Notes: generated from the sequence alone by a model not told the origin. A stretch of 64,000 bases of DNA from Eledone cirrhosa (GCA_964016885.1 OZ024742.1:115630001-115694000); one strand, 5' to 3'. Positions 12,944 to 27,957 are shown, counted from the first letter of the stretch. Program-made: numbers and translations.

Positions 12944-15900
12944 CTTTGAGTCTCAATCATTGATGTTAGTTAACTGGAAAGTGTGTTGAAATGAATATCA
13001 AGCCACTACCTGCAGCCTCAGATATTCAGGACGTATCGGAGGGTTCTTGCTGTTCCCAGCAAGCATGCCTTTTGAAGCGTTCCAAAGAGCGTGAATGGGC
13101 CAATTTTCTTTAACCATCCCTGGAAACTTTTTGAGATAGTCCCTAGTGCGCCTATGACAATCGGGATCACTTTGACTTCATGGCAGTTCCAAATCCTTTT
13201 TATCTCCCACTTTAAGTCCTGGTATCGGTTAATTTTCTCCCTCTCCTTCTCTTGCACTCTCGTGTCGAATGGGCAGGCCACATCCACAATCAGGCACGAT
13301 CATTTTTCTTTGTACACAACTACCATATCAGGTCTATTGTGTTCCAGTTTCTTGTCCGTCTGTATCCTAAAATCCCACAGCACCTTCACCTGATTGTTTT
13401 CTATCACCGCCTCTGGCTTATGCTCATACCACTTTTCAGAATGTGGTAAATTGTTTACTTTACATAGGTGCCAGTGGATCACCCTGCCCATCACATCATG
13501 TCTCCAGCCCTTATAGTGAGTCTGGGCTAGGTGTTTACACTCGGATACAGCGTGAGCCACAGTTTCCTCTCTCTCTCCACAGATCCTGCACAGTGGGCTA
13601 GCCTTCTCCTTGTAAATATGGTGTTTCAACCACTTCGTTTTAAGGGCCTGCTCCTGCGCAGCCATTAACATTCGTTCTGTAGCCTTTTTAAGGTCTCCTC
13701 TTTTCAACCAGTTCCATGTCTGTGGATCTCTAAATTCAGTTTTCTCAAAGAAGGTACTATGAAGGGATTTTTCCTGAAGGCTGCTCTCTCTTCTTGATGT
13801 TATTTCCTCCTTGGACATCCCCTGGCCTATTGTTCCCTCCTTCAATACAGTTCTGAGCATTGGGTCCTTACTATCAGTCACGAATTTGTGTAGGTTGTTT
13901 TTCTCCATCTGAACACAGTCCTCTATGCTGATAAGACCGCTTCCACCTTCAGATCTCCTTAAGTAGAGTCTATCGACATCACTCCTCTTGTGGAACATGT
14001 TGAAGATAGTCAATAGCTTCCTAGTCTTCCTATCCAACGAAGAGCTTAAGATCGTCCATGAAGAGGAGGTGATTGATGGTAAGGTCTCCCTTTCACAACT
14101 TGTATCCTGCTCTCACTTTTCGCAGTATAATGGTCAGGGGGATCCGGACAAAGACAAACAACAGAGGGTATAAACTATCTCCCTGGAAGATAAATCTCTT
14201 GATCCTCACGCCTCCCAAAGATTCTCCGCCCGATGTTAACTTTGTTTTCCAGGACTTCATACTTTTTCTCAACAACTGTCTGATGTTATCTTCCATCCTG
14301 AAGATCTCTAGGCTTTTGGTTATCCAAGAATGAGGTACCACGTCGAATGCCTTTTTGTAGTTTACCCATCCCATTGCAAGACCAATGTGTCTCCTCCTGC
14401 AATTCTTCATCACCATCTTATCAAGAAGTAACTGGTAACGGGTGGAGGGATGTTAAATTTGTAATCCAATAACCCTACACACCATGTGGGCCTGGTGATT
14501 TCCAGTTGGTTAGTTTTTTGGCCTGCACCTTAAGAGTTACAACTGTGATACTCAAATCAGTTTGTTGGTGTGCCTGTTCACTAATCTCCTTTTGTACTGT
14601 CTCAATCCTCACTGCCTGATCATTATGTCCAACATCCTGCTCCCATATTCCTCTCCAGAATGTCTTAGTTTGTTCCGCTCCAGGGAGCAGATCATTGCCT
14701 CTTTCTTTCCCTTCAAGTTGTCCAAACAACATTTTCTGATTGTTGTCAGACATGCGGTTCTGTCTATACTGACTGACTCTGCTCTCGTATCGCCTAATCT
14801 TTGCCCTCTTTGCTACAATGCGTTGCTTCAGTTCCTCTATGATAATATTTAGCTTTTTCCTCCTAGTTTTCTACTTTATTTCCAGTATATTTTTAGTGTC
14901 TATGTTTTTTAGTTTCCCATTCAGTAGGGACTCAAGCTTTACAATGTCATTTCTCATTTACCTGATTTGACCATTCAGTCGTTTCTTCCACCAAGGTTGT
15001 GATCTTTCTTGTTTGTTGTTTCTTCTCGCTTTTATGCCAAGTAATTTCCTCACCGCATTAGTTGTTGCTTTGAGGATATTGTTGCACAGGTGAAGGTTCC
15101 TCGCCTCAAGTTATGGGATGACTTTGTTTACCTTAGCTGTTGTTTCTTTTAACTTTTTCCTGTCTACAAATCTTAGGTTCATAGGTTTCCCACTATCATT
15201 GTTCATTTCATCTACCACTGAGTTTAGGATATCAACAAATCTTGTCCTAGCCCGTCAGCATTCATTTCCTCAATGGCCGTATCTTTGTTCCAGGTATTAT
15301 TTATTTCAACATTCAGATCATTGTCTGCTTCGGATGCTTCCTCCGTTCTCTCAACCTTTTCACCTTCATCTCCCACTGGCTCGTTTGTCTGGCATACTCC
15401 ACTCTCCATTTCCAATCTAATCACTCTGCTGAGTTCCTCCAGTTCTAGCTCGCTTATCCACCCATTAGTTCCCTTTAGCCGAGCCTGCCCGGCCAATTTT
15501 TGTTCATCTAATTCAAATAGACCAATCTCGTTCCAGATGCTATGCATCCGTTTCCTATAGCCTTTTTCCTTGGGGTTACCCTTCAGGTAACATTGCATAA
15601 CAGTTCTATTCAATTCTTTCGTCCAGTTGGTTCTCGTCCCTTTCCTTCTTCCACTAACACCAGCGGTATTTGGATGACAGCCAGGTCCCTGCTGCTGGGT
15701 CAGGGAACACCTGCTGGGTGAGTGTCTGTCACATGACATTCAAGTCTCCAATTCACCGTTATTCGAACAGTTTAGGTTCGATGTTTAAACACTCATATCG
15801 AGGATTGTTGACTGTATGGTTACATAACCACCGGTGAATTCATCACCCCCAGTGATTTGATCTCCCCCCGGTGATTTTAGCGCGGCACTTTCACGCTGTA

Positions 15901-16216
15901 GACGAACATAAATAAAATAACAAACAGGTAAAGACCCCCCAAAATAAGCATAAGTTTCATTGTAATGTAATATTGGAATGGCCGACTTAGTTTTTTTGTT
16001 TGTCTGCCTGTTTGTTTGTTTTTCTTTTCTTTTTTCTTTTCTCTACGTTCTTCGTTGCTGCTGTGCTGTTTTGATTTTGATTTTTGATTTTTTTGATATT
16101 TTGACCGGGTCATCAAATCAGTCTATTTATATATGTTGATGCCTTCCTCACTTAGTGGGAATACTACGATACCTCTGTCTTAGCAGGAGGTAGTGGGAGA
16201 CAATAGCGGCGGTAGC
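12944..16216 (-). mobile_element. R4/Dong-like retrotransposon, near full-length with internal RT deletions
   Basis: N-terminus RTNWTKELNRTVMQCY..GYRKRM (ATG at 15739), RT pieces KSPGPHGV and FQGDSL.PLLF, CCHC knuckle, RLE motif RPDMVV..DVACP. Deletions at ~14035 and ~14437 relative to the 59501-63875 copy. (ATT)n on both sides. Confidence 0.9.
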
Positions 16217-16230
16217 AATTATTATTATTA

Positions 16231-16262
<32 letters not shown>

Positions 16263-16476
16263 GAATGCCATGGTTGACGGAGGCTCGGCTCTGTCGGGTA
16301 TAGTAATTTTTAACCGCTATAACAATTGTAGATTGTTTAAAACTTTAACCAAATTGTAGATAAAAACAACCTCCTCCTCGTGAGAGGAGTATTTCTGCTC
16401 GTTATTTGGCCCTTCGGGGTTATATAACCGCTTATTGGGGTTCTGTGCCCAATATTAATTTTAAACCCCAAAAAAC

Positions 16477-16851
16477 ATGGCTACAAAAAATAATCTTCAC
16501 AAGTCACTCCCACTCATTCCGTCTACTTCTTCCTCAATCGTCACTACATCTGAGAGAAGAGTGTCTGTCTCCCTCCCTCCCTTCTATAAATGTGTCTCTC
16601 CGCCTTCCTTCTCTTTCGCAAGCGACGCCAGTAAGAAAAAGAAAAATATAGTTTATGATAGTTTCCAAGAGCACGTGCAACATTTCTCCACGACGGCGAC
16701 AACGATGAAATATGTGTGCGGTAAATACGGAAAGCCATTTCATTCGTCTGACGTCATGAATAATAGCAGTAGCAGACGTAATAAAAGCAGCAGCAGCAAC
16801 AGTGACAAGGAAAACAATAGTAGCAGCCGCAACACCATCAGCAGCATCATA

Positions 16852-16914
<63 letters not shown>

Positions 16915-18626
16915 CTCAGCAACAGCGGCGGCGGCAGTCGTAGTACCAGCAGCAACAACAAAAGTAACAGCAGCTCTGACGACAACAACAACAATAACAA
17001 CAACGCAGAAAAACCAATCTCGTTTGCAGCTATCGCAAAGAACCTGGAAACCAACCTCATGACAAATGAGGAATTACAGGAAGCAAAGAAGATGGTGACG
17101 AAAACTGGACACTTGCAATCTGCAAGGCAGCCGAAACATTTTTCGAAACCCAACAGCACTGTACGGTCACGTACCGTACAGTAAGCACAAAAACCCGTAG
17201 GGTTGAAAGAGCCACAGAGGCTCAAATACAAAAAGACTTAGGGTCTCTGAGGCAGTGGAAAACTCATATCACCCGAGGCAAGAAATATGCCACCGTGGAC
17301 GTGCTTTTTGCCATACCCCTGGAGGCAAAGGCTCAATCTTTAGTGACCCTAAGGAGCGAGGAAATGGTGTTGGTGCCCTCCTACTACGGACAAAATATTG
17401 TGAGTATCAAACTGACCCACGTCTCCCCCTCTGGGATGGCCCCTTCTTGGCTGGCCGTGTCTGTCCTCGTCGGAATCGAGGACAAAACAACTGTACTGCA
17501 AGTACAGAAAAAAGTACGAGAAGATTGGGTCGGCACGTCCATTGAGATGTTAATCCAAACCAACCAGGAGTGCATCGAAGCTATCCCGGCTGTAATAAAC
17601 TTCGATAACGGCACTCAACTGCCCATAAGTGTTGAGGGCAAACGCCTGAAATGTTTTCTCTGTGGATCGAAGACTAACCTCAGGGCCTTCTGCAATGAGA
17701 AGGCGATGAGCAAGGAGAAATCCCACCTCCTTCCGAAACCGGCTCCACTGCTACCAGCAACAGAACAGGCGGCAACAAAGAAGGATAGGTCCGTGGCACC
17801 CATACCCACACCAGGGAAATCAAGAACAGCAGCAGCAGTGGAAGTATTAACAGCAACAACAGTAATACCAAATGCAGCTGCAACAGAGACTCCACTGCAA
17901 ACATCACCAACAACAAGTGAAAGAGTGGAGCTGGTACCCCTCCCCGACCTCACAGAATCAAACATGGAGTGTGAGGTGCGAGAGGGATCGCAGAAGGTCG
18001 CAAGAAGGCACAAACGCAGAAGCAGCGCATCGTCGCCTTCGAAAAGGGAGGAAAGAAATGAAAAAAGTAAAGGCTACTGCAAAGAGACTTACAGCAGCAA
18101 CACCACCAACACGATCACCATCCATACTAGAACCACCATCACCACCGGCGGCAACCCCACCGCGAACAACAACACCTTCAACACCACCACCACAAGCACC
18201 AACATCGCAAACACAACAACAAAACACACACACCCTGCAACAACAAGAACATAACAGAACCACACCCTACCCCCAGAAAAACAAATGCACAGCAATAAAT
18301 ACACACAACAAGAAACTAATGACTTACATAATTGAACACACAGAGATTCACAGCACGACAACATAATACCAGCAGCAATCAAAACACCAACGAACATGAG
18401 ACTGGTAAGAAAAGCACAGAAGCAATTCACAAACAATAAAACGAAATTCCCCAACGCAGTTGGTGATTTCAGAGACCTAAGCGGGACACTCAACCGGGGA
18501 ATATATACGGATATACTCACAGAAGAGCCGAAGACCAGCCGAAGGGACGATTCAACAGTCCCTCCACCAGACGATCAAGTGAAAAGGGATGGAGAAACCA
18601 TCCGTCCTCTACGAAAAGTAAGGTAA
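16477..18626 (+). pseudogene. Tx1-like ORF1 (Ser/Asn-rich, degenerate CCHC knuckle), broken
   Basis: ORFs 16477-17184, 17295-18254 and 18396-18626; CFLCGSKTNLRAFC; lies directly upstream of the APE domain. Confidence 0.7.
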
Positions 18627-18660
18627 GTGGTTTTTCCCATTTTTTCCACTCTATTTCAAC

Positions 18661-21600
18661 ATGACCTCACTCAGAATAGGCAGCAAAAATGCGCATGGCT
18701 TGGGGTCGTCTTGGTAGCAGGGCCACCTGCTCAACGACCTCAAGTCACTAAACATAGATGTAGTGGCCATCAGCGAGACCCGAATCTCCGAGGCACGGCT
18801 CTTCGCACTGATCTTCGGCGGCTACGATGTGATGCATCTCTCAGCCGTCCTGGATCGGGGAGGAGGAGTTGCTGTGCTTTTTCGGAGAGGTTTGGATCTC
18901 GCCATACGGGACATCTTCCTGGACCCAGAAGGTAAGTTGATGTTGCTGGACGTGACCAGTGGAGACGGACCAGCTTTCAGGCTAGTGGTCGTCTATGCCC
19001 CGACAGGAGCAGGGTGGCCTGATTTCTTCCGGCGTCTGGTGACCTTTCTTGGAACGTCCCGATCTTTAGTGTTAGTGGGCGACTGGAACTGGATCTTAGA
19101 TGCACGCTGGGACTGTGTGGGAGTAGCGGATTGGGCAGGAGAGTGCAAGAGCCTCACCCACCTGCTCAGGCGTTTTGAACGGTCTGACAGGTACCGATTG
19201 GATTTCCCGAATGTGCCAATGTGGACTTGGACGAACCGCATAGGATCATCCAGATCATATCTAGATAGAGTATTTTGTAGGGATATAGATAGGTCTAGCA
19301 TAGGCTGTCCACAATTCAAGATAGTCAGCTATACGGACTACAAATTCGTGATCTGTGTGCTTGATTAGATAGGCTTCATAGACGAGGAACCGGCTACTGG
19401 AAGCTAAACGCGTCCTTACCAAAGCGCAAGGCCTACATAGACCGGATTAGCGAACTAGTTTATCGGGTATTGACGGGGGCCATCTTCAATAACAAGTGCT
19501 GGTTTGCTCTGAAAAGAGCGATTAGAATAGAGTCCATTAGGTCTAGTAAGGCTTTAGCAATAGATAAAAATAGAGCAGAGGGAGAACTAGTTAGAAAATT
19601 AGACGTGGCGCTTAGCAAAGTCATCGCGACCGACGTAATTGCGCCGACATATGCCCTTGACCAATTCTTCAATGCAAAGCACGAAGGCTGCGTTGTCAGA
19701 GCTAGGGTGCGAGCTCTCAGACACGAGGGGACGAAAGCCGTTCAATGGGCCCGAGTGGCCGAGGCGCGTCGTGGCAACAAAGCCACGAGCCGGTGTTTGT
19801 TGGACCACGTGGGTACATGCTACTCGATCCCGGGCAAATGTGTGAAGCTTTTCAGCGACACTTCGCTCAGCTGTTCGAGAGCAGCGTTGGGCCGGGTCGC
19901 GGGGTGGACTTTAGTGTCTACCTCGACGGACTGCCGCGGCTATTGGCCACTGAAGCGGAGTGTTGCCAAAAGCCAATAACAGCCGCTGAAGTACGGGAGG
20001 CAATTACTGGCTGCACAAGCGGTAAATCGCCTAGTTTGGATGGTCTGCCCTATGAACTTTACGTACAGATGCCAGACTTATTAGGAGGCCGCTTGGCTCA
20101 CGTCTTATGCAACGGGCAACAGAACGGGATAATTCCCAGCTCTATGAGCCGAGGAGCGGTGGCGTTGCTGTGAAAGGATCCGAACAAGGGGGATAATAGA
20201 TAATTTCAGGCCCGTAACTCTGCTAAACACAGAGTTCAAGATTTTGGCCGAGGTGCTAGCAAAGAGGTTGGCGCTTGTCGTTTGTGGTCTGATGGGAGAG
20301 GCGCAGACATGCGCCATTCCCGACAGATCCATCCACGCCAACCTCCACCTCATGCGATACATCGTAGAGAGGGTAGCTAGGGAACCTGGCACGGGTGTGT
20401 CCTTGATCAATTTAGATCAGTAGAAAGCTTTCGATAGGTTCGACCATCTTTACGTGGAGGCAGACCTGAAGGCGACTGGCTTTGGGCCCGTCTTCAGAGG
20501 CTAGATCGCTGACATGCCCCAGCGACATCTGCTCTCTGGTGAGAGTGAACGGTCACCTTTCAGAACCGCTCAACATCATGAGTTCGGTCCATCAAGGATG
20601 TCCCCTCTCGTCCCTCTTGTATGTATTGACTCTCGAGACATTACTGCACAAACTGGAGACGTTGAGGGGGGTCCCGCGCGAACTGGGATGCGTGTCAGCA
20701 TATGCGGACGATGTCACCGTAATGGTGTCGAACGCGAAACACATCGAGGCGATCGGCACTACACTAAGAGAATACGAAGCGGTGACAGGAGCAATGATCA
20801 ACCAGGAAAGGTCAGTAGGCATGCAGCTCGGAACCGGGAGGGGCAGGTCCATGCCGTCCAATAGCGGCGTCGGGCGCTGAACAGACGGACGGGCTAAATT
20901 GCTAGGGTCTGGTTCGATCCGGATCTCCAGACGGACAAAAACTGGGACGAGGTGACGAGCAGGGTGGCTTCTCTCACCCAGAAATGGGCGGAGAGGAAGC
21001 TATGCCTGAAAGGTCGGGCGGAGTTGGCTAACGCGTACATCGCGTCCGTCATCTCCTACCGCCTCACCGTTGTGCCTTGTCCTAAGCCCCGCCTGACTGC
21101 GCTGGAGCGTTTGCTCTTTCGCTTTTTGTGGAAGGGACGCGCTCCGATGGTCAGGCGGTCCATCTGTTGTCAACAGCCGCTACGTGGAGGGATGGGTTTG
21201 CCGTGGCTGATGATGCGCAGACACGCGCTCAGGCTACGACATCTCCACCTCTTCCTCGACGGTGATCAGGTGTGGTTTGCTAGACACGTCTTTCCCCAGC
21301 TCGTCTCTTTGACGGAGCTGCAGTCCTGGGTCAAGCGAAGACCGAGAGAGAGGGCTTGGAGACTGGAATGTCTTCAGACGCTCACAGCCCTCGACCAATC
21401 GGGCAATGTGATCGGTGGAATCTCCACCTTGGCGTTCTATAGAGGATTAGTGGAGGGGAAGAGCGACGACGTTCTTGGAGAAACTCTAGGCGTCGGCGAA
21501 AATCAACTATCCAATCTCTTCGTACGGACTTTCGGGCCGGGGCCTATGGACAACTTCCAGAAATCCCTGGCCTGGCAGTGCTACCGGGGAGCTTTGCCAG

Positions 21601-22060
21601 TTCGGATAAACTCTACAGGCATGGAGTTACCGTCAGCCGGGCATGTCCGAGATGCGCGCAGGGCGACGAAACCGTCCTGCACGCACTCGTCCAGTGTCCG
21701 AGCATTGCTGACTTGTGTGTTTATGTCGAACACCTGGTGTCAAAATTAGGACTGATCCAGCTATCAGCTGAGTCCATCGTGAGGATTGCCCCGCCCTCTT
21801 TCTGTAGCCGGGAAGGGCAGGCAATTTTTATCTGTCTGGTGGCCATGGCGAAAGAGATAGTATGGTGGACACGTTTGAAAGGGCTGAAGACGAGCACTTC
21901 CTTCTTCGGTGATGCCCTGATTAACTTTTTCAAATTTCATTTGAAAAGGAAAATCAGGGTAGAGAGGGGAGTACTCTCTTCCCAGCATTTTGTTGATAGA
22001 TGGGTGAGAGAAGCAAGTATGGCCCGAGTGAATGGGCCTACTCTGAGTATGTGTCTGTAA
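18661..22060 (+). pseudogene. Tx1-like ORF2: APE endonuclease, RT and C-terminal CCHC, frameshifted
   Basis: MTSLRIGSKNAHGL, AISETR, VYAP, VGDWN, SYLDRVF, YTDYK (APE); KSPSLDGLPYE, FRPVTLLN, QGCPLS, AYADDV (RT); CPRCAQGDETVLHALVQC. Confidence 0.9.
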
Positions 22061-22304
22061 ATTAAAGGTGGAAAACTGGGAGAGGGCACTTGCCCTGGTG
22101 GTCAGGGTCACTATGGTCTTTTAATGGGCTTTCTCCACAAATGTTCCTCAGAAGTCTCCCCCCTATTGGGGAATTTTTGTTTGTTATTTTATTATATCCT
22201 CTGGTTTTTTTTACACGCAGAAATGCCCATTTGTACCGTCCTGTATTGTCCTTTACTGTCCGTAATGTCTACTTTATGTAAACCCTTGTGGTTAATAAAG
22301 AAAA

Positions 22305-22365
<61 letters not shown>

Positions 22366-23369
22366 TGGTCAGTATTTATAGAGGTAGCGTGAAAACATCT
22401 ATGTCTTACGTTCCAACGCCAGCCGGTGACACTTCATGACCATTTACGTTATAATACCTCAGAAAATCGGGGTCTACATAACACACTATATTCCTGGAGC
22501 TGATAATATACTGAAGATGATTTCCTTGACCGTGTTCTTTTAGTCGCAGCAACGGAGGTATTTCGTTACAAAATAAAACGATAACAGCAATTGGATTATG
22601 GGAGCCAATGGTTAGCTGCACGTGAAACAAACCGCCTTGTTTAGATGGTCTATCCACAGTGTTTTACTCTTAAATGCAAATTGTTCGTTGAGAAATTCCT
22701 AGATATCTACTGTAACTGAGAGCAGAGTGACTCCTAGTCCTGCCAGCCGATTTCTGCTGAGAAATGACATGAACAAGTGGGAATAATATGACAAGCTTCA
22801 CCTCTTGTGTCTGTTAAATGCATTTCAAGTTATTAGCACATTGATTAGCGCTTGTGGTCTATGCTATGATAGGAAAGGAAATACACCATACCGAAGAGAT
22901 CACTACAGTCCCCCCACCCCCGCACACACACATGTGATACATCATAGTAAAGCTGGGTAATGATCCTGGTATGAGCTTGGCCCTAATCAGCTCTAAATCC
23001 AAAGAAGGCTTCGTTTATTGTCACCATTCAGTATATTTCAGCTGTCCTCCAGGCAGTCAGTTACGATATAGTCATCAGTGCATTGGTCCCTTAAATGTAG
23101 AGCGACTCCTACTCAGTGTCCAGTGTAAATGGAGACCGTATCTAAAGCAGCAGGTTACGGACCCGTTCGGAGAAGCTGGATTCTTACGTTTTACTGTGCC
23201 CTGGTCAAATGGGGCGGTCACTTATCAGAAAATGTCCATGTGGAACGACTTGTCAGTCCCACTTGGCACCTTCTTAGTTTTAATATAACACTCCCTGTAA
23301 TATTTTCCTTGTATTTCCACAGTATCATGATCATTATTATTGGTTTTCTGGTTGTTGTTAATATTATTA

Positions 23370-23694
23370 CTAGCTGGCCCCGTGCCAGCAAGTTGTAATA
23401 CCTATTCATATTATAAAAAAAGAGATTTTTTTTGGGGGGGGGGGGGGGGTTTAGGTGGTTGGATCCTTCGCCCTCACTTACATAAGAGATAGAAACACAC
23501 AAACACACAGCTGTTACCTCTATAGCTTCTCACCCCTACCTCAGTCATCACATAGATGTGTGTGTATTAGACACCCTTCCTCCCTCAGTCGAAATTATTA
23601 ACCCATCCTTCACAGGTCGACATAATCACTCTTTCCTTCCTCGGTTATCTCTAATGTGTGACGGACAAATACACAATGCTATTATATTAGTGGA
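23370..23694 (-). mobile_element. Probable short non-autonomous Helitron
   Basis: Minus strand starts A|TCCACTAATATAA and ends in a GC-rich hairpin (gctggcacggggccagc) overlapping CTAG|T. Confidence 0.5.
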
Positions 23695-23899
23695 TTTTTT
23701 ATTATTTTGTTCATCTATCGACACCTGTTGCAAAATGCTTATCTAGATTTTGAATATTTTATATTTTTTCATAGGTAACCTAACCATTATCACAGCGAGC
23801 TGATGATTTTTTTCTATATGTATTCCTAAAAGGCTAAACCTGTGTCTATTTCCCAAGTATGCTTTTTTCAGAAACAGAATTGCGAGACAGAGCAGTCGC

Positions 23900-26800
23900 C
23901 TGTCTACAGTGTGGAAGAGCCAAAATTCATAACACAACGACAGCAGAGGCAACAAAAACATCCATAAAATTACCATAAACACTGTCACCACCATTTCCAT
24001 CAGCAACACCCCTACACGCATAACTACCACCTCTACCACTGCGGCCTCTGCCACCACTAACACCAGCAGCAGCAGCACCACCACCACAACCACAACTATT
24101 GAAACAACAGCAAATTATAACAAGAATAAAAGAAATAGTAGCGCAGACATCAACAACAAAATGACAGATATATATAGCAACAACAATGACAGATTTACAG
24201 CGACGGCTGCCAGTTACAGACGTCTTTAATATAAACCTCGTAGAAAAAGAAACGATTGGTCGAACCTTATCAAATTAGAAATATCATCGCTTCACATAAC
24301 CAAGTAGCTGGCAGAAAGTAAAATAAAACTGTAATTTATAAATGCGTGGCCACAAAAACAAAACGCCTGGAGCCACCGAATGAAGCCGGGGTAAAGAGAG
24401 AGTTGAAGGAAGAAATACCCAATATACAGCACGTCGCCACGTCCAGGCAGTTTGCGAGCATTTCAGTGCTCTTCAAGAGTAAAAGGCTGACCGGTAAACG
24501 CTTTGGGTACCCTGCCGGAGTGACAAATATATTCTCTACGCCTCTTATTTAGGAAGAAGCATGATAATGGGCAAGATTTTCCGGAACTCACAGAAGCTGA
24601 TTATCTGGTGGATGTTAGCCCGAATCTTCATAGAAAGAAACGGAACGTTCCTGGAATTGAAATAAGTTCGACGAGAATGCCAGTCGGAAATGTGTGTAGA
24701 GGTACTAAACTGCATTAAACCAAATATCATGCTAAGATTTCGAGACCACATTCTCCTTCCGGGAGGGACTTGCATATTATTTTGAAGAACAGAAAGAGGT
24801 GTCGCACCTACATGTGAAAAGTGGACACATGGAAACGTTCTGGTCTCAACAGAAGACAGAAACCTGCGAAGACAAGAAACAAAAATGACACAATAACACT
24901 AACTGCAAACAAAAACAACAGCATCAGCGTATTGCAGGTATTCCTAAATGGTGTACTGGTGTGGCCACCGTTTGTGAGGAATTTCCTTCCGCAGCTCGTC
25001 CCAATGATTGAGCTGCTGTTCGGGTTCAAGTCAAGACCAAGATTGTTTTCTTTGGATCTAAAATATTGTCAGATGCTCAAATCACTTTACATGTAGATGT
25101 TTAGTAGTGAGCATGTGCGTGGACATTTTTGAGGAGACACGAAACGTCAACGTAATTTAAGAAAGCCAGTCTGCCCGTCGGACTTTAGTTCCGGGTCCTG
25201 GGTATGCATTCCATAATTGTTGGGACTGTCAATGATACTGGCTAGCAATGCAGGTTCTGGGCAGATTTCCAGCCACGGAAGTCTAGTCAGATAGATCTTT
25301 GCGAGATGCGTACAGAGCGTGGAAACAATTATGTACACACTCCTCCAGTTTCCGGATATTTCTAGCTTGTGGAGACTTGTCGAACAACTATTGTCAGGTG
25401 TGAGGTGGATCAGGCTATCGGGTGACTCCTTGGTTAACATTGCCACATCATCTTCTTTTGATAGGAAAGGACAGGATATTGTCTTTTGCTTGATGGCTCA
25501 GGAAAAATACATTTTGTGGTGTATGCGACTGAAACGAATGTAGACAGAGCCATTCCTCTTTGTCCGATAGGAAAGTGAGCGTGAAGAGGAAAGTGCTACT
25601 CCCAGTACATTTGTTAAAGTGTCGGTGAATTCAGTGAGGAAAGCTTGCGTGATTAGCCAACTCTAAGTTTGCTCCTGCAGATCAGAGAGGATGATTCTAT
25701 TGCGAATTAGCTTGGTTTCGGATCTATGGCTTTCACAGACTAACAGTGAGAGATGTTTCCCTATTTGGGGAATGATGTTATTATTTATTTATATTTAATG
25801 ATTACATATGTTGTATTGTTCATACGTTTTATGTAAATACCTCTATCCCTCTTCTTTCGAATTGTCCTGTATGAGAGTTTAGTATATTCACAAAACATGC
25901 TTAGTACTCTTACACAGGATAGGCAGTGTAAGGGCACGGGCACCACAGTCGTCTTGGAACTAAGGTCACATGCTCATCGACCTCAGTTCACTGAACATAC
26001 ATGTGGAGGCAATCAGTGAGACCAGAATTTCTGAGGCACAAGAAGTTGCACATATTTTCAGTGGCTATGAGTTTTATGAATCCCCAAGCCGTCCGGGATC
26101 TGGGAAAGGAGTCGCTGTGTTGTTTTGGAAATATTTTGATCTCATGATCTGGACCATCTTCCTGGACTCATATGGTAATTGTTGATGTCGCATGTGCCCA
26201 GCAGAAACGGACATGGTTTCAGTCTAGTTGACGCCTATGCATCGATAGGAGCAGGACGTCCAAAAGTCTTCAGATGTCGGGAAAGTTTTCTAGGAACATA
26301 CGCTTTTTAGGGTTAGTGGACTACAGGAACGCTATTTTAGATGCAGGCTAGGACTATGTGATGTTAGCAGTTTGGGGAGGATGGTGCAAAAAGCTTCAGA
26401 AACATGTTCAGACAATAAGGTTCTGAGGATGGAAGTACGGGCATAGTTTAACCGCATCGGATCATCCAGATAGCATCTAGATAGAGTAATAAATTGGAAG
26501 TAGAAAATGCTAACATAGGTTGTCCAGAACTTGAAGTAATCCACGACGCAGGTCATATATGTATGATCTGTACATTCAACTTAGAAATGCTTCAGGGACC
26601 TGGTTGCTGGATGCTGAATTAGCACATAATTTACATAGAATAGATTAGCAAAGGGCCAGCACGAGAATAGAGGAAGGGCTAGTCGGGATCTTGGATGTGG
26701 TATTTAAAAGGCATTGTTATCGACGTATTCGCAGTGAGATTGGCATTCGAACAATACTTCGACGCCCATCACGAAGGCTGCGTTGGCATAGCTAAGGCAC

Positions 26801-27410
26801 AGTGCTAATGTAATCAGTGACATATTAACTTAGGCATTCTATAGGATCAGTGGCGGGGAAAAGTGACTAAGGTATTGGGGAGAGGATGGGTGTCGAAGAC
26901 GAGCAGCTAGATGCCCTCTTATGTAGAGATTTGGGGCCCGAGCCGAAGGATAACTTTAGCAATATTTGACTAGGTTTTTCCAACGGGGATAATTGCCAGC
27001 TGGAGATATACTTTACAGGTATGCAAGTGTCGTTAGCCGAGTCCCTCTGAAATGTGCTCAGTAAGATGACACATTCCACTACGCACTTGTTTAGTAGGAC
27101 ACTTCCGACTGTCAATAGAATCTATTCTGAAGACAGGCAGGGCTATCTTCATTTAACCGGAACGGGCAGGCAGTGTTTAGATGCCGGGTGACAGTGGCAA
27201 AATATGTCATATGGTGGACGGTAAAGAAGAGCCTGAAGACAAACGCATTTTTGTTTGATGTATCACTCACCAACTTCTTCACGTCTCATCTGAAGTGAAA
27301 AATCAGGGTGGATGTGGAAGCATTCCCTTCCAGCCATTTTGTTGAAAGGTGGATTAGAATGGCAAGCATGTACCAAGTGAACCAGCCTGCCTTGAGTATA
27401 CCCCTCAGCA
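23900..27410 (+). mobile_element. Old rearranged Tx1-like remnants (ORF1-like, ORF2 3' end, APE, ORF2 3' end)
   Basis: VWPPFVRNFLPQLVPMIEL (24950-25860); DLSSLNIHVEAISETRISEA APE region (25895-26810); AFYR..GKSD.VLG region (26830-27410). The RT core is missing. Confidence 0.7.
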
Positions 27411-27957
27411 CATAGGGTAACCGTGTTTATATTTGTTATGTGTGTGTGTGTGTGGGGGGGGGTCTACAGGAGTAGCCATCACACGTCGCAACCCTATTCA
27501 GAAATACTTACTGTTCTAATGTTATCGTTAACCCCCTCCCCGTCGGGCGTCGCTTCTAAATTATGGAATACACAGTTAAAATGTTATTGTTACCTCCCTT
27601 TCTTCAACGTAAAACCCGTACACCCACACGCAAAACACACACGTGCACATAAGCAAAGCTTTAACATAGTAGAGTGGTTTATAACAAATAAACCAATTGT
27701 CATGCATTTCACCCTCTTTACTACATTAGTAGTAACGTTCTGAAAACTCTGGCTGTTTCTTTTCCAGTAATTCAATCAAAATTTCTACATTGATTACGAG
27801 ATGAAGTTTGAAATTTCTTCATATACACACCCGGAGACCCAAGACAAACTGGCTAATCTTCCGTTCCGTTCAATTCCCGAATCCAAATTATTTCAAAATT
27901 GATTGTATGATAGTTATCTTACTTCCCATTATTAGAGTTATTTAGAGTTATTTAGAG

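Larger units (their letters stand above)
16263..22305 (+). mobile_element. L1-superfamily (Tx1-like) retrotransposon, near full-length, disrupted
   Basis: ORF1 plus ORF2 layout; AATAAA at 22294-22299; (ATT)n tracts at 16218-16262 and 22306-22365. Confidence 0.9.
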
